Positions 11,715 to 23,933 of a stretch of DNA of 64,000 nt are shown here, piece after piece (position 1 is the stretch's first letter; the number at the start of each line of letters is the position of its first letter). The notes under the pieces are model-generated. The model was not told where the DNA came from and made no database searches. It saw nothing but the letters and a program-made list of their open reading frames with translations. The stretch covers positions 83,950,001-84,014,000 of the forward strand of contig CM052817.1 of NCBI GenBank assembly GCA_028534125.1, read 5' to 3'. The stretch is from Lama glama (taxonomy: Eukaryota). A program made the translations under genes and the position numbers.

Positions 11715-12840
11715 TTTTTTTTTAAATTAACAGACTTTATTTCTTAGAGCAGTTTCAGGTTCATAGCAGAACTGAGCTGAAAATACAGAGAGATCACACA
11801 CAGCCCTCCCCACCTATGCATATATACACTCCTGCCCTCAACATTCCTCATCAGTGTGGCATATTTGGTACAATCGATGAGTCAACATGGACACATTATT
11901 ATCAACCAAAGTCCATGGTATGCATTAGGGTTCATTCTTGATGTATATTCTGTGAGTTTTGACAAATGCATAATGACATGTAGCCACCACTATGGTATCG
12001 TACAGAATAATTTCATTGCCCTAAAAATCCGTTGTGATCCATCTATTCATTCCTCCCTTCCTCCCTCTCCCCAAACCCCTGGAAATCACAGTTTTTTTAT
12101 TGTTTCTGTAGCTTTGCCTTTGTGGAAGCAGCAATTTTGAGTCCACTCCCTTTTACTATCTTCCAAGTAATGCTATTTTCTTTTTAATAACTGTACAATA
12201 TTTATACAGATGTCCAGAATTTATTCAGTCATTCCTCTATTGATTTATGCTGAAGCTGCCTTTTGCCACTACTAAAATTGCCTCAATATGTAATTCTCCA
12301 AAGTGGGATCTGAGATCAGAGGACATACTTATTTTTATTACAGTACACAGACAAATTATGTTCCCAGGATTATGTAGCATTCTTACACCCTCAAGAAACA
12401 TGGAACAGTGTCTGCTTCCCTGTACCCTCACTAGTCCTAGTGATACTGATGTCTTTAGATTTGGGGTTTTTTTTAAACACTGATCAGTAGGAACAATGCA
12501 CCTTTGTTTTGATTTGCATATTTCTTGACTATAGGTTAAGTTGAAAATTTTTCTGTGTTTTTGAGATGTTTGCATTTCCTGTTCCATGATTTGTCTGTTC
12601 ATTTCCTGTCCTGTCCACTTTTTCTGTTGAGTTGTTTGTCCTTGATCATTTTTGGCAGGGAAGGAGAATATTTATAATAGTAGTAATACTAACCTTTTTT
12701 TCTGACGTGTTCAAATATTTTCTCCTCTTCTATGCTCACCCTTTGACTTTTTTAAGGCATCTTTTACCTTATAGCGATGTTTAATTGTTTTGTGCTTCAA
12801 TCTGTTGGTCTTTCCTGTCATGGCTTTTGGTATTCCTGAA
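11715..12840 (-). mobile_element. Old L1 3' fragments (L1M-type, probably two elements)
   Basis: T run then TTAGAGCAGTTTCAGGTTCATAGCAGAACTGAGC (to ~12120), followed by more decayed L1 reverse sequence (GTTTTGATTTGCATATTTC). Confidence 0.7.
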
Positions 12841-15683
12841 ATTGATGAGTTTGAGACATCTCTCTCCATTAAGGATTGGAACAGCCAGGGAAGACTTTCC
12901 TTGAAGAGTGCTTGATGGGCTTTGATGACTGTTGTCTCAGACTTTTTTACCTTTGCTGCTACCTCCCAGTCTCCTTCTGAGGGATCTGTTCTTTCTTGAG
13001 ATTTGTTATTACGTTCAAGCAAAGCCTCTCTGGCCTGGGGATCATTTGTCACTTATGAAAGTCTGCATATCTTTGCTCTGATTCACTATGTACTAATTTT
13101 CTGTTTCTCTCTCCTAGTTTTAAGGAACAATCACCATGGGGTCTTCTCTTTTATGTTTTGAGTTTTGGGTCATTTTCAGCCTCTGACTTCTTAAGCTTTT
13201 TAGAGGCAGTTTAGAGGGAAGACATGCCCTTGGTACAAGACCTGTGGTTGGTGAAGATAAATTGGTAATGGGGAAGTTGTGGGCTTGAGAGCGAGTTCGA
13301 TTCTGTCTTTGATTACAGCTGTACCATCCTGGGGAGGTCGTTATAAGCCTCAGGGCCCTTTTCTGTAAAAAAGGAAGTGATAATAATACTGTTCTGAGGC
13401 CACTTTTTGACACAGGATAGGCCTCTAACAGTTAATTTAGACGTCTCTTCCTTTTTGGTCACATTTCAGGAATATTTTAATGAGGTCAGGTCTTCACAAA
13501 TTACCTTGGTATCCCTTTTGGCGAAACAAGCTTCTTTTGCTGTCAGCCTGTAAAAGAAGGTTAAAATTTCTGGGCTTTAAAGACTGGAATCCTTTGCAGC
13601 TCTCTGGAATGAACTGCCCATATTTCATTATTGAAAAGAGAAACATTTAAACTCTTAGTGGAAAATGAATTTGAAGCCATTTTACACAAACCATGGCTGA
13701 GGACCAAGGATCCAAGATAGAGCATGTGTGGGTTCGGGGGTGGACACTAGGGAGAAGAGTCTGGTCTGCATTTTTGTGGATTTCAAAATGTGTGCATAAT
13801 TTGTTCCAGGTTGTCATTGATAGGCTCATTGAAAAGATCCAGAGTTATCATCCAGGCCTGTCCCCTGCCCTTAAGCTGGTGATTACCCATTAGTAAAGAC
13901 AATTTGTTGAATTGCTTAATTGATGGTAATCCTGGATAATAAATAATTCTAGGGGCTTTGGGGCTAAATGCTGGGGCTGAGAAGCTAAACAGGAGAAGTG
14001 GGTCTCAGGAGAACGTATGCCTGACCCTATGTAATGATCTTCATTCTTTGCCTCCCACCTCCACATTTAAGGCACCATAGACCTGCTCTTAGATCTGGAT
14101 CCAATAGACAAGGGGAGGGAGGCCTAAACCAGTTCCTAGCTTAAAAGTCTTGCTGTCCTTCAATCTCAAGCCTTGAAGTGTTCAGACTTTATGTAGGTAT
14201 TCAAATTAACTAACATATTTGTTTTTCCTTTTATTTTTTTCAACTAACATATTTGAATGCTATGTGTAAGACTTTTTATGACAGTTTTGATGAGAATCAC
14301 ATGTTTTTGAAATATTAAATACTAGAGGATATATGTAATTTTTGAAGGTGAGGAAGCAGGCCAACCTGCAGGCCAAGGAAAGCATATCCGTGGGCTTTGG
14401 GGTCTCTAGGCCTATAGTTTCAACTTACAGTACAGTAATTAAATATCGTGTTGATAGTAGAGTAATCAAAGATAACCGTTTGACTAGAAGAATGACTCTC
14501 AGTGTGTGTTTTTGGGGATGGGAGGAGACAGCAGGGCATTAAAGTCTGGCAGGAGGGCGTTCTTAAAAGCTGCATAGATCCTGATCTTTCCCGGCCCAGG
14601 TGCTTCCCCACTCCCTCCATGGAAAGTCCTAACATTGTCAGCTATGGTTCCTCTTGAAAGTCCAGAGCATTCCTCGGCTATGCAACAAAGGAGAAAAGAA
14701 GCCATGTCACAAGTCTTAGAGCACTATGTTTATGAACTGCTTTCACGTCTGTCCTTTCATCAGATCTTTACAACCTTGTGCAGTAGGTGTGATGGTCATT
14801 GTCCCCATTTAAAGCTGCCAGAATACACTGAGAGAGGTCAAGTGATTTGTCCACAGTCACATAATTTGTAAGCAGTAAACATGAGACTAGATACATAATC
14901 TTATAATTTTTAGAGTTTTTCTCTCATGTATAGTTTCACATACTTGTGTCTATTTGTTTATCCCTACCACCACTAATTCTTGAAAGGATCTGATGTGGCT
15001 CACTTCACTATGACTGGTGACTAGTTTTTGCCATTCCTATGACCAAGCCTCAGCCGGTCCCCTCCCTGGCTTGGTGTGCTGCCTGGAACCCCAGATCTTC
15101 TTTTGTGGCTGGGAAATTATCAGGATCTGTGCAGCTTTTAAGTCTCCTCCTGTCGGACTCTAATGCCTTCCTGTCTCCCACGACCCCACAAACATACACA
15201 TAGTCATTCCTCTAGTCCATAAGTACTTTCACTTATGCTGTTGTCATCAAGACATTGAATCTCCCAGACCAGTCATCCCTCTTGAAACCCTTCTCCATCA
15301 CCTGCTGTGCTCCTGGGCTCCATTTGAGGGGTTCTGTGTCTCCTTGTTCTGGCCTATCTTGTCACCCAATAAGCCTCAGGGGTACACTCTGAGTCTGGGG
15401 CTATCCCTAGTACAGGTGATATGTGACTTAGACATCAGTTGTCTGGAGCTGGACTAAGTACCCTGACTCATTTTACATAGGCTGCTGAATAGCTGCCAAA
15501 GCAGTGGCCTTCTGACATAAGACAAATTTGGATGATAGACAATGGACATTGTTGGGGGAACTACAATTTAGGATTCTTCAAGTATTTTCCCTAGTGTAGC
15601 TTAAAATGCAACAGTCATGCATCTGGGTAGTACTACCAGAAGAATTTTAGTAGTTTGAAATTTCTAGGGTTCATTAAATACTG

Positions 15684-15924
15684 CAGTTGACCCTTGAAAA
15701 CAAAGTGGGGTGGAATCAGGGGAGCCTACTGGTGCAGTAGAAGATCCACATATAACTTAAAGTCAGCCCTTCCTGTGTATGTCTTCTTTCTCCATATCAG
15801 CTGTTCTACATCTATGGATTGAACCAACTGTAGATCATGTTACATCATAGTATTTATTATTTTAAAAAATCTGCATATAAGTGGACCCATGTAGTTCAAA
15901 CCTGTGTTGTTCAAGGGTCAGCTG
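15684..15924. mobile_element. MER8-like Tigger MITE
   Basis: Terminal inverted repeats CAGTTGACCCTTGAAAACA / TGTTGTTCAAGGGTCAGCTG, TA on the right flank, 241 bp. Confidence 0.85.
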
Positions 15925-17277
15925 TACTTTGAAGAATTCTGAAATGTGCAGGGTTAGGTGGACATTGTGGCTGTTTTCAACATAGTCTTTTGAAGGGGTT
16001 ATTTCTTTCATGTCTGGAAAGTTGCCAGGGAGGGACAGTGTGGAGATCTGGTTATTGCTGAGTCTCTAGGTACTTACAGCAGGGCTCTGCATGTCAAGTT
16101 TATAAAAAGCTGTTCAGTCTTCTCTTTCTCATCTTCCCTCTAAACCATCACTGTGACTGACCCTGTGTGTTTGAGAGGGAGAGAGACAGAGAGACAAAGA
16201 GGGAGAGAGAGAGAGAGAGATACTTAATGACCAAGAAAGCACCAACGTGCAGAAATGGCTTGGTACAGCCCTGATGTGGGTATTTGTAGGAGGAAATGGA
16301 GTCTTTTGTCAGGACCTTGCTTTGCCCAGGGTTGGCTTCGATTACAGTTTTTTATTGGAGGTGGCAGATCACCAGAAGGAAAGGTGTGTTTCAGCAGTAT
16401 CTTGGATTCTTCCTTTCTTTACTTGACTTAATTCAGAAACTAGACAACAATTTAGTGTGTAACTTGTACCATTTCCTTTGCATATAATGAAAGTTTTATT
16501 TAAAGTCTTCAGGAGCATTTTTACTGGTTTTCAACAGAGAGAATAATCAAATGAGAATTGTAAATAAATACTTTTGCAGCCATTTTTACTTGACAAATAA
16601 TTTTCCTAAGCTACAGTTTTCTCTCTCTCTCTCTGAAATATGTAGAGGAGAACTAGACTTTTATAGGAAGAATGTGAATTCTCATGCATTTTCACATACT
16701 GCTCAAGACCTTTTCAGTTTAATGATAGATATTTTAAAAGCAGAAGGGGACTTACTGATAGGCTGGTCTCCAACTTCTTCTAACAGAAATATAGAATGCA
16801 AAGTATTTCTGAGATTATTTGAAACATATAGGAAAATATTTTAAAATTTCTCCCGGTGACCACATAGAATATCATTTACCTGTCTACTTCAATACAGAGG
16901 TGTTGGGTAGCAAGTGAAGGCTGAAGGTGGCTTAGAATAACAATAACAGATAATTTATACAGTTATGTTCCAGACCTGTTCATGTATGTTTGTGTGTAAG
17001 TGCATATACATTTTTTTCACTTAATCCTCACAATAATGTATGGGTCAGGTACTATTATTATCAATATTTTACACATAAAGAAACAGAGGTACAGTGAGGT
17101 CACACAGCTAGAACCTGATCACTTGTGTCTGTACTATATGGACTCCCCTGCTGTGTTTTTGCATGGTTCAGCTGAAGATCAAGATTCTCCAGTGCTGACA
17201 CCAGTGCTGAAGTTGGGTCCCTGGCCAGTTCTTTTGTGGGACATGGCTGCTGTCCCTCAACAGTTCCCATAGGCTGC

Positions 17278-17500
17278 AATAGCTAACATCTACTGAGTAC
17301 TTACTGTGTGCCAGGTAATGGGAGAAGTGCTTTACATATAGTATCTCACCACTTCTCCCAACAGCCTTATAAAGTAGGAGCTGTTTCACTTCCATTTTAC
17401 ATATGAGGAAACTGAGACCTAGGGAAGTTAAGTCACTGTTCAAGATCAATAGCCAGTAGGGCCAAGATTCACTGTAATGGTGTCCTACTCTACTGCTCAG
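17278..17500 (-). mobile_element. MIR SINE
   Basis: CCATTTTACATATGAGGAAACTGAG core. Confidence 0.8.
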
Positions 17501-17951
17501 GAGCGGGGCTCCTAACTTCTTTGGGCTGCTAGTAAAGTCTCTGCCAGCACAAATTTTCTGTGTGTCACGACTGTTTTGCTAGGAATTTCCTGAAATTAAG
17601 ATTTAAGAGTACCTTCAGAAAGAGAAAGCCCAGCTTAACAGGGAACCTGGAAGAGAGAAGGTGACAGGGACTCTTCCCTTCAGTAGAATATGAGCACATT
17701 ATGGTGTGTTTCTGTTGGGGAAAGGGAGCACTGACTGTTAAAATGGGAGCTCTCAAAGTGTTGTAGTTGGTTACATCTTGGCCTTCATCCTTAATCAGTA
17801 ATTAGCATTTAGTTCTACTTTATCTAATGTACAATGTATATTTTCCTTTTATTCATTCATTTGGTCACTGCTGATGCCTTAAATGTTACAGCTGCCTACT
17901 ACAACTATAAAGCTCTCACAGAATTACTTGAAAATAGAATCAACTTATCAA

Positions 17952-18252
17952 CAAGCTATCTCAGAGGTGTTGTGGGTTTGGTTCCAGACCACCACAATAA
18001 AGCTAGTCACATGAGTTTTTGGTTTCACAGTACATATTAAAGTTCTGTTTACACTATACTGTAGTCTATTAAGTGTGCATTAGTATAATGTCTAAAAATA
18101 CAATGTACACACCTTAATTTAAATATATTTTATTGCTAAGAAATGCTAACCATCATCTGACAATGCAGGGTTGCCACAAATCTTCAATTTGTGAAAGGTG
18201 CAATATGTGCAAAGCATAATAAAGTGAAGCACAATAAAATGAGGTATGCGTG
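17952..18252 (-). mobile_element. Internally deleted Tigger1-derived element
   Basis: Both Tigger1 ends present: GGTTCCAGACCACCACAATAAAGC and GCACAATAAAATGAGGTATGCGTG followed by TA. Confidence 0.85.
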
Positions 18253-18644
18253 TATATAAACCATCAATACTGTATTAGAAAAAAGAATAATTATAGTAAT
18301 GCTAATTATGTGAAGTGAAAGTATAAATACATAATACTAGATTTTACATGAGAATAATAATGTTTAATTCTGGTATCTTCCCTAGGTATCTCTTATTTCA
18401 ACATGTTGTAAGCTCTTAGTCTCCCTGGTTGGTGCTGAGGCTGTACAGATAAATAAGCCATGGACCTTGTCTTCAAGGAATGTGCAGTTCCTCTTGGGAG
18501 ACAACTGGTAAAGGGCTCTGAAAACACAAAGAACAGGATGCACTCCGGAAAAGAGGAGGTGGCGTGAAGGTGTTGTCCAGGAAGGCCTCTTGGAGGAGAT
18601 AATCCCAGGGTGCCTAGTGTATCACACTGATGGGGGAGGCTTGA

Positions 18645-18890
18645 TTGCTGAGCAGATAGGCTCTGGAGTTAGGGGGATTCAAATCCTGACTCTGCTACTT
18701 ACTAGCTCTGTGGCCTTAGGCCTTGATTTTGGTCTCTCCAGGCTAGGCCTTTGTTTCCTTAAGTGTAAGATAGGGTGACAGTACTGAACTTGATTTCAAA
18801 CAGGTGGTTTTGAGAATCGGATGAGAGCACTTAGAATACTTAGAGATAGACCTGGTACAACATAAGCGTTCAGAACATGAGAGCTGTTGT
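18645..18890 (+). mobile_element. MIR SINE
   Basis: GGCTCTGGAGTTAG...TTCAAATCCTGACTCTGCTACTTACTAGCT head. Confidence 0.7.
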
Positions 18891-20168
18891 TTGATAATGT
18901 TTTATAACAACGTGAAAGTGTGTAGATTCTGTTTATCTCCTCAAATATTAACCACTTATCAAGATTTTCTAGTTTCTAAAATTCTTCTGCAGTGCTCCTG
19001 TTTCTCAAATTGCTGCTTACAGTACTAAGGCCACGTTAGGGAATTACAGCCAGGTGAGATGATATTTGGGCTAAGGTGTTGTGACATCAGGGACAGTCTT
19101 ACCCCTAGATGTCAAGAGGCTCTCATTTAAGACTGAATGATGTATTCTGGATGAGGGCTTGATGAAATCTGACTAACTCTTGAGAAACAGTATATTTCAG
19201 AATTAAAATAGATTTTGTTCTTTTCTTTTTATTAGATGTAAAGTTAAAACCCTATAATTATCCTCAAAATAAGGAGAACATCAAACCTCAAACCAAAGTA
19301 TAAAGAGAGAAAGTTCTAATTGATTCCAACTTAATTCTTTTTATTGAAAATATTATTCAGAAAAGTTGTCATGTAGGATCCCTGACATCCCTTGGAGAGT
19401 TAAGTTAAAAAAAGCTATCTTGGATTTTAGTACAAATCTCAAAATTTTTTTTTTAAACTTTGAGGGAGATGTGTAAGTTCAGTTTTGCCCATTGGCCTGG
19501 ACTTGAGACCTATCTTTCTTTGCACAGTTATAGCTCCATTAACAAATGCTCTAGAAGAAAAGACCCTTTGTAGTCAGCAGTGGTCAAACAAGAAAATCCT
19601 CATGAGACATGCCAGACAGGGTAGCACGAGCTCAGCCAAGCCTGCCTGAAAACAGTCTCATTGAGGATCCTCAGGCAGCACCATCTGCCTGTCTGTCTGT
19701 CTGTCTGTCTCACACAGCTGCAGAGCAGCAAGGCTGCAACTCCTCACAGTTTCTCTTTGGGGTCTGTATCTTTTCCTTTCTCTGCCATTTCCCTCTCTTG
19801 GCCATGATTCTCTCCACTGACTCAGGGCTGGTCTCTACCCTTCCCTCTGATATCAGTTGTCAGACTGTCTTTTCGGGAGCCTAGGATCCTCTTTGTGATC
19901 ATTCTCCCTGCCCCACCTTTAGACACTCTCTCCTTCCCTCTCTGTCGAAACATAAAAAGATCATGAGCCCAGATGGCATGGTTCCAACTGTACGTTTCTG
20001 CCAGAGAGCCCTGCTGTCCTTGGGAGAAGGTGGCTGGAACTAACCACAGTACACTTTCTGCAAGACCAGCCCCCCAGCCTGAGGCAGTGAAGATGGCAGC
20101 AAAGACCCTGGCCACCAGTACCAGTAAATTCCCATGCAGCAGGTCCTGCTCACTCCTCTCGCATCTTT

Positions 20169-20735
20169 TAAAAAATTTTTTTAATTGAAGTATAGTCAGT
20201 TTACAATGTTGTGTCAATTTCTAGGGTACAGCACAATGCTTAAGTCATACATGAACATACATATATTTATTTTCATATTCTTTTTCACTATAAATTATTG
20301 CAAGATATTGAACATAGTTCCCTGTGCTATGTAGTATGAACTTGTTTATCTATTTTATATATATATATTAGTATCTGCAAATCTTGAACTCCTAGTTTAT
20401 CCTTTCCCACTCCCTTCCCCATCTGGTAACCATAAGTTTGTTTTCTATGTCTGTGAGTCTGTTTCTGTTTTGTAAATAAGTTTGTCTTTTTTTTTAAGAT
20501 TCCACATATAAGAGATATCATATGGTATTTTTCTTTCTTTTTTGGCTTACTTCACTTAGAATGACAATCTCCAGGTCCATCCATTTTGCTACAAATGGCA
20601 TTATTTTATTCTTTTTTACGGCTGAGTGGTATTCCATTGTATAAATATCCCACATCTTCTTTATCCAGTCATCTGAAGGTGGACATTTAGGTTGTTTCCA
20701 TGTCTTGGCTGTTGTAAGTAGTGCTACTATGAACT
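20169..20735 (-). mobile_element. 5'-truncated lineage-specific L1 (ORF2 end plus 3'UTR)
   Basis: L1 3' sequence. TSD CTCTCGCATCTTT (20156-20168) / CTCTTGCATCTTT (20736-20748). Confidence 0.9.
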
Positions 20736-21744
20736 CTCTTGCATCTTTACTCTCTCCCCTCCCTCTGTCTCAGAGACTTCTGTTGCATATTTTATGGTTT
20801 TCAGAATGTTTAGTACTAGTTTAATAAACATTTAATTCTGTTTTCATACTGTATAAAGTGCTTTGAAATTGGGATATGACTCTCAATGCCTCATATTATT
20901 TCTATGTCTGAAAATGAAGTTAATGACAAAGAAATATGTTGATGGAATATAATAGCTTCATTAATAGAAGCAATTAGTAAATTGACTTGTCATTAAGGAA
21001 TATTTAAATTTATTTTTTGACAAAATAATTGTTTATTAATAGTGATTAAGAAATACTTAATAGCAAGTAATACATCAACAATTGTTAATTTCTTATTTAT
21101 CACATTTGCATTAAAATAACAATAAAGAAAATAAATAGAAAACCTTCACTTACAATTCGGCCACTCCATATAATTACTGTTTTTATCTTCCTGTGTTCTC
21201 TTCTAGGCTTAGGCCATGTGTTTCTGAAGCTGCCAGTTGGGGTTCCTATTGCATTTCTGTGATAGAGGAATTCTTGTGAAAAGTTGTATTCCATCTGGGG
21301 GTTGTACCTCAAACTAGCTCTCGGTAGTACCCACCCACATTTTAACTCGCTGCTTTAGTCTATTATCTCAGAACTCTGGCTGTACCATTATGCTATTGAG
21401 ATCCTCTTTTTTTTGGAGTGGTTATGATGGGACCGTGACTTTACCACCAGTACATGGAAGAATAGCTGTATGACTCAGTTTTCATTGTATGTTTCATTGG
21501 ATGTAGAGAGTTTGTGGGTACTAATAGGCCTTTACACCTAAGAGTTGAATTCCTTCGTTATCTTGGATCCCTTTGTGCTATTGACACCATGAAAAGTTCT
21601 CAGCTCAGGATAGGCAATGAATAGGGCCTGAAGTAATAATCTGCTTCATCCTCCAAAAGGCACAGCCACATGTACTCCAAGCTCAGTGGAGAAACACTGG
21701 CCTCTCCCTCTTTCTAGTTTTCTTTCTGAAGTTGCAGATTTCTT

Positions 21745-21915
21745 ATCTTAGTATGTATAAAACTTGTCTGATTGTAAAAATCATCTGAAGTGCTGGTGAA
21801 AAACACAGTTTTCATGGCTCTTACCAGATCTATTGAATCAGAATTTGGAGGGACTGCTTAGTTTAAATATGTACTCTGGATAATTTTTACAATCCAGGCA
21901 GATTTGGGAAACAGT
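21745..21915. mobile_element. MER5-like hAT remnant
   Basis: AATCATCTGAAGTGCTGGTGAAAAACACAG...TGAATCAGAAT...TTTGGGAAACA. Confidence 0.6.
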
Positions 21916-23567
21916 AGTTTATTTGAAGCAAATTCATAGCTGCTGGTTTGCTTAGCCCATATTTGGGGAGAGATGGTCGGCAAATCCATCCTCAGGAGAA
22001 CAACAGCTGGGTAGGTCCTGTCCTTACTATACTCCAAATATGGCTGTGACTGTGGCTTGTGAAATGTAGCACAAGAGATCAGGCCAGTGTGGGATGACTG
22101 TCTTCCCCTCCCAGGGTCATCATACAGAAGACTGCCACAGCCTTCACCTTGCCTCAGTGAAGAGGGAGAAATGTATAGATGGGGTTATTTTCTGTGTGTC
22201 ACATGCAACTTCAGAATGTCATTCCTCACTGAAATTATAATTATGTACATTTAGAAATTTTCCTTATGCTTTCTTCATGTGGTTACTGGGTTATTTAAAA
22301 TCTAGTTTATATGAAAACTTGCTCCCTCATTAATCTCACTGCCATTAATTTGAAAGATAAGCAGAGTTTATGCAACTCTAGGCCATAGCCCAGAGCTAGA
22401 GTAGTATTCCCTGAAGAAGGCTGGTCCCCAAATTGGGAAATACTGGGGCTTTTTGAGTTTAAACTCACTTCCTGGGTGCCTCTCCTTGCCCTGGGGCATC
22501 AGGGCCCTCCTGCTGTCCTCCAGCTGCCCACTTTCTCTGCTCTTTCTCCTTCCTTCCACGGCAGTGCCGCATGCTCCAAAACTGTCTTTCCTTCCCTTTT
22601 AAATTCTTATCCTGAGTCAAAGGAATGGATGAGGTGAACATATAACATAGTGGGAATGAGTGATGACTTATTGCATTAACAGACTGTCCCAAGGACACTG
22701 ATATTTTAAGACAATACTTGTTAAACTAAAGGACTAAGTCTTGAATACAGGTTGTCAGGCAGTTTCAAAGGAGAGTGAGGGATCTTTAAATCACACCACA
22801 GGGCCATAGTTCACTCTGCTCCCCGAGGTCAGCTGATGTTCTTGGAAATGTGTTGATATGGTATTCAGTCAAGAAGGCCAAGGTAACATGCTTGGATCTG
22901 GTTAAAGGGCAAGTCCAGGCCTTTCTCCCCACCCTCTTGGTCTCTCATCTCCAGCAGGGTGCCACATGGGTGCACTCTCTGCAGGGGGGGGTTGTCATGG
23001 GAGCAGACAGATCCACAGAGCCAGGAACTATGCAAATCCACAGTTAGGCTCCTCACATTTTCAATACTTAAGACTGTTGACTTGTGGATTAAACAGGTGT
23101 CAGAGCCCTTTCACGCGGGTAGAATGAAGGACCTTTGGCAGAGGCTCTTATCACTGTGTGTAAAGGTGAAAAATTGATCGGAAGAAAATGTGGTAATTTA
23201 TTCTCCCTTATGCCAGTTGAAAGTTTAATCTCCATGTCTTTCTGTGTCACTGAAATAATAAATTCAAATCCAATGAGGCAGGCTTTTTTTCTTCATTAAA
23301 AGATTCTGCATTGGGAAGTCAAAACATTTGACAGAGTAAACGCAGAGTGAATAATAGAGAAAGTATGCTGTACTCCTCCCACAAGCCTGGATACAAAACT
23401 TAGTCATTTATCAGCTATGTGTTGTGACATTTTATGCTTCCTGCTGTCCTTGGATCCTTAGGTATTGTGACTTCTTGGTGATTTTCAGTGATGGGACAGG
23501 CCTACAGAGACAAGACTGGACATGGCTCTATTGAATTTCATTTTCACCCCGCTCTTACCCATTTAAC

Positions 23568-23826
23568 TTTTTTTTTAATTGAAATATAGTCAGTTTACAA
23601 TGTGTCCATTTCTGGTGTACAGCATAATGTTTTAGTCATACATATACATATATTTATTTTCATATTCTTTTTCATTGTAGGTTACTACAAAATATTGAAT
23701 ATACATCCCTGTGCTATATAGTAGAAACTTGTTATTTATCTATTTTATGTTTAGTAGTTAATATTTGAAAATCTCTTAACTTCCAGTTTATCTCTTCCCA
23801 CTCCCTTTCCTCCTGGTAACCATAAG
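23568..23826 (-). mobile_element. L1 3'UTR fragment with poly(A), fused directly to the U6 3' end
   Basis: Homologous to the L1 3' end at ~20176-20436 (CTTATGGTTACCAG...GTAAACTGACTATATTTCAATTAAAAAAAAA). Confidence 0.92.
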
Positions 23827-23933
23827 AAATATATGGAATGCTTCATGAATTTGCATGTCATCCTTGCACAGAGGCCATGCTGATCTTCTGTGTGTTGTTC
23901 CAGTTTTAGTATACATGCTGCTGAAGCAAGCAC
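23827..23933 (-). pseudogene. Full-length U6 snRNA retropseudogene (5' part of a U6/L1 chimera)
   Basis: 107 nt colinear with U6 (GTGCTTGCTTCAGCAGCA...AAGCATTCCATATATTT). About 15 mismatches by hand against the recalled U6 sequence. ACAGAGA box mutated to ACACAGA. Confidence 0.96.

Noticed and set aside
23751..23933. 60-aa ORF MLASAACILKLEQ...
   Set aside because: Spurious translation of the U6 copy.
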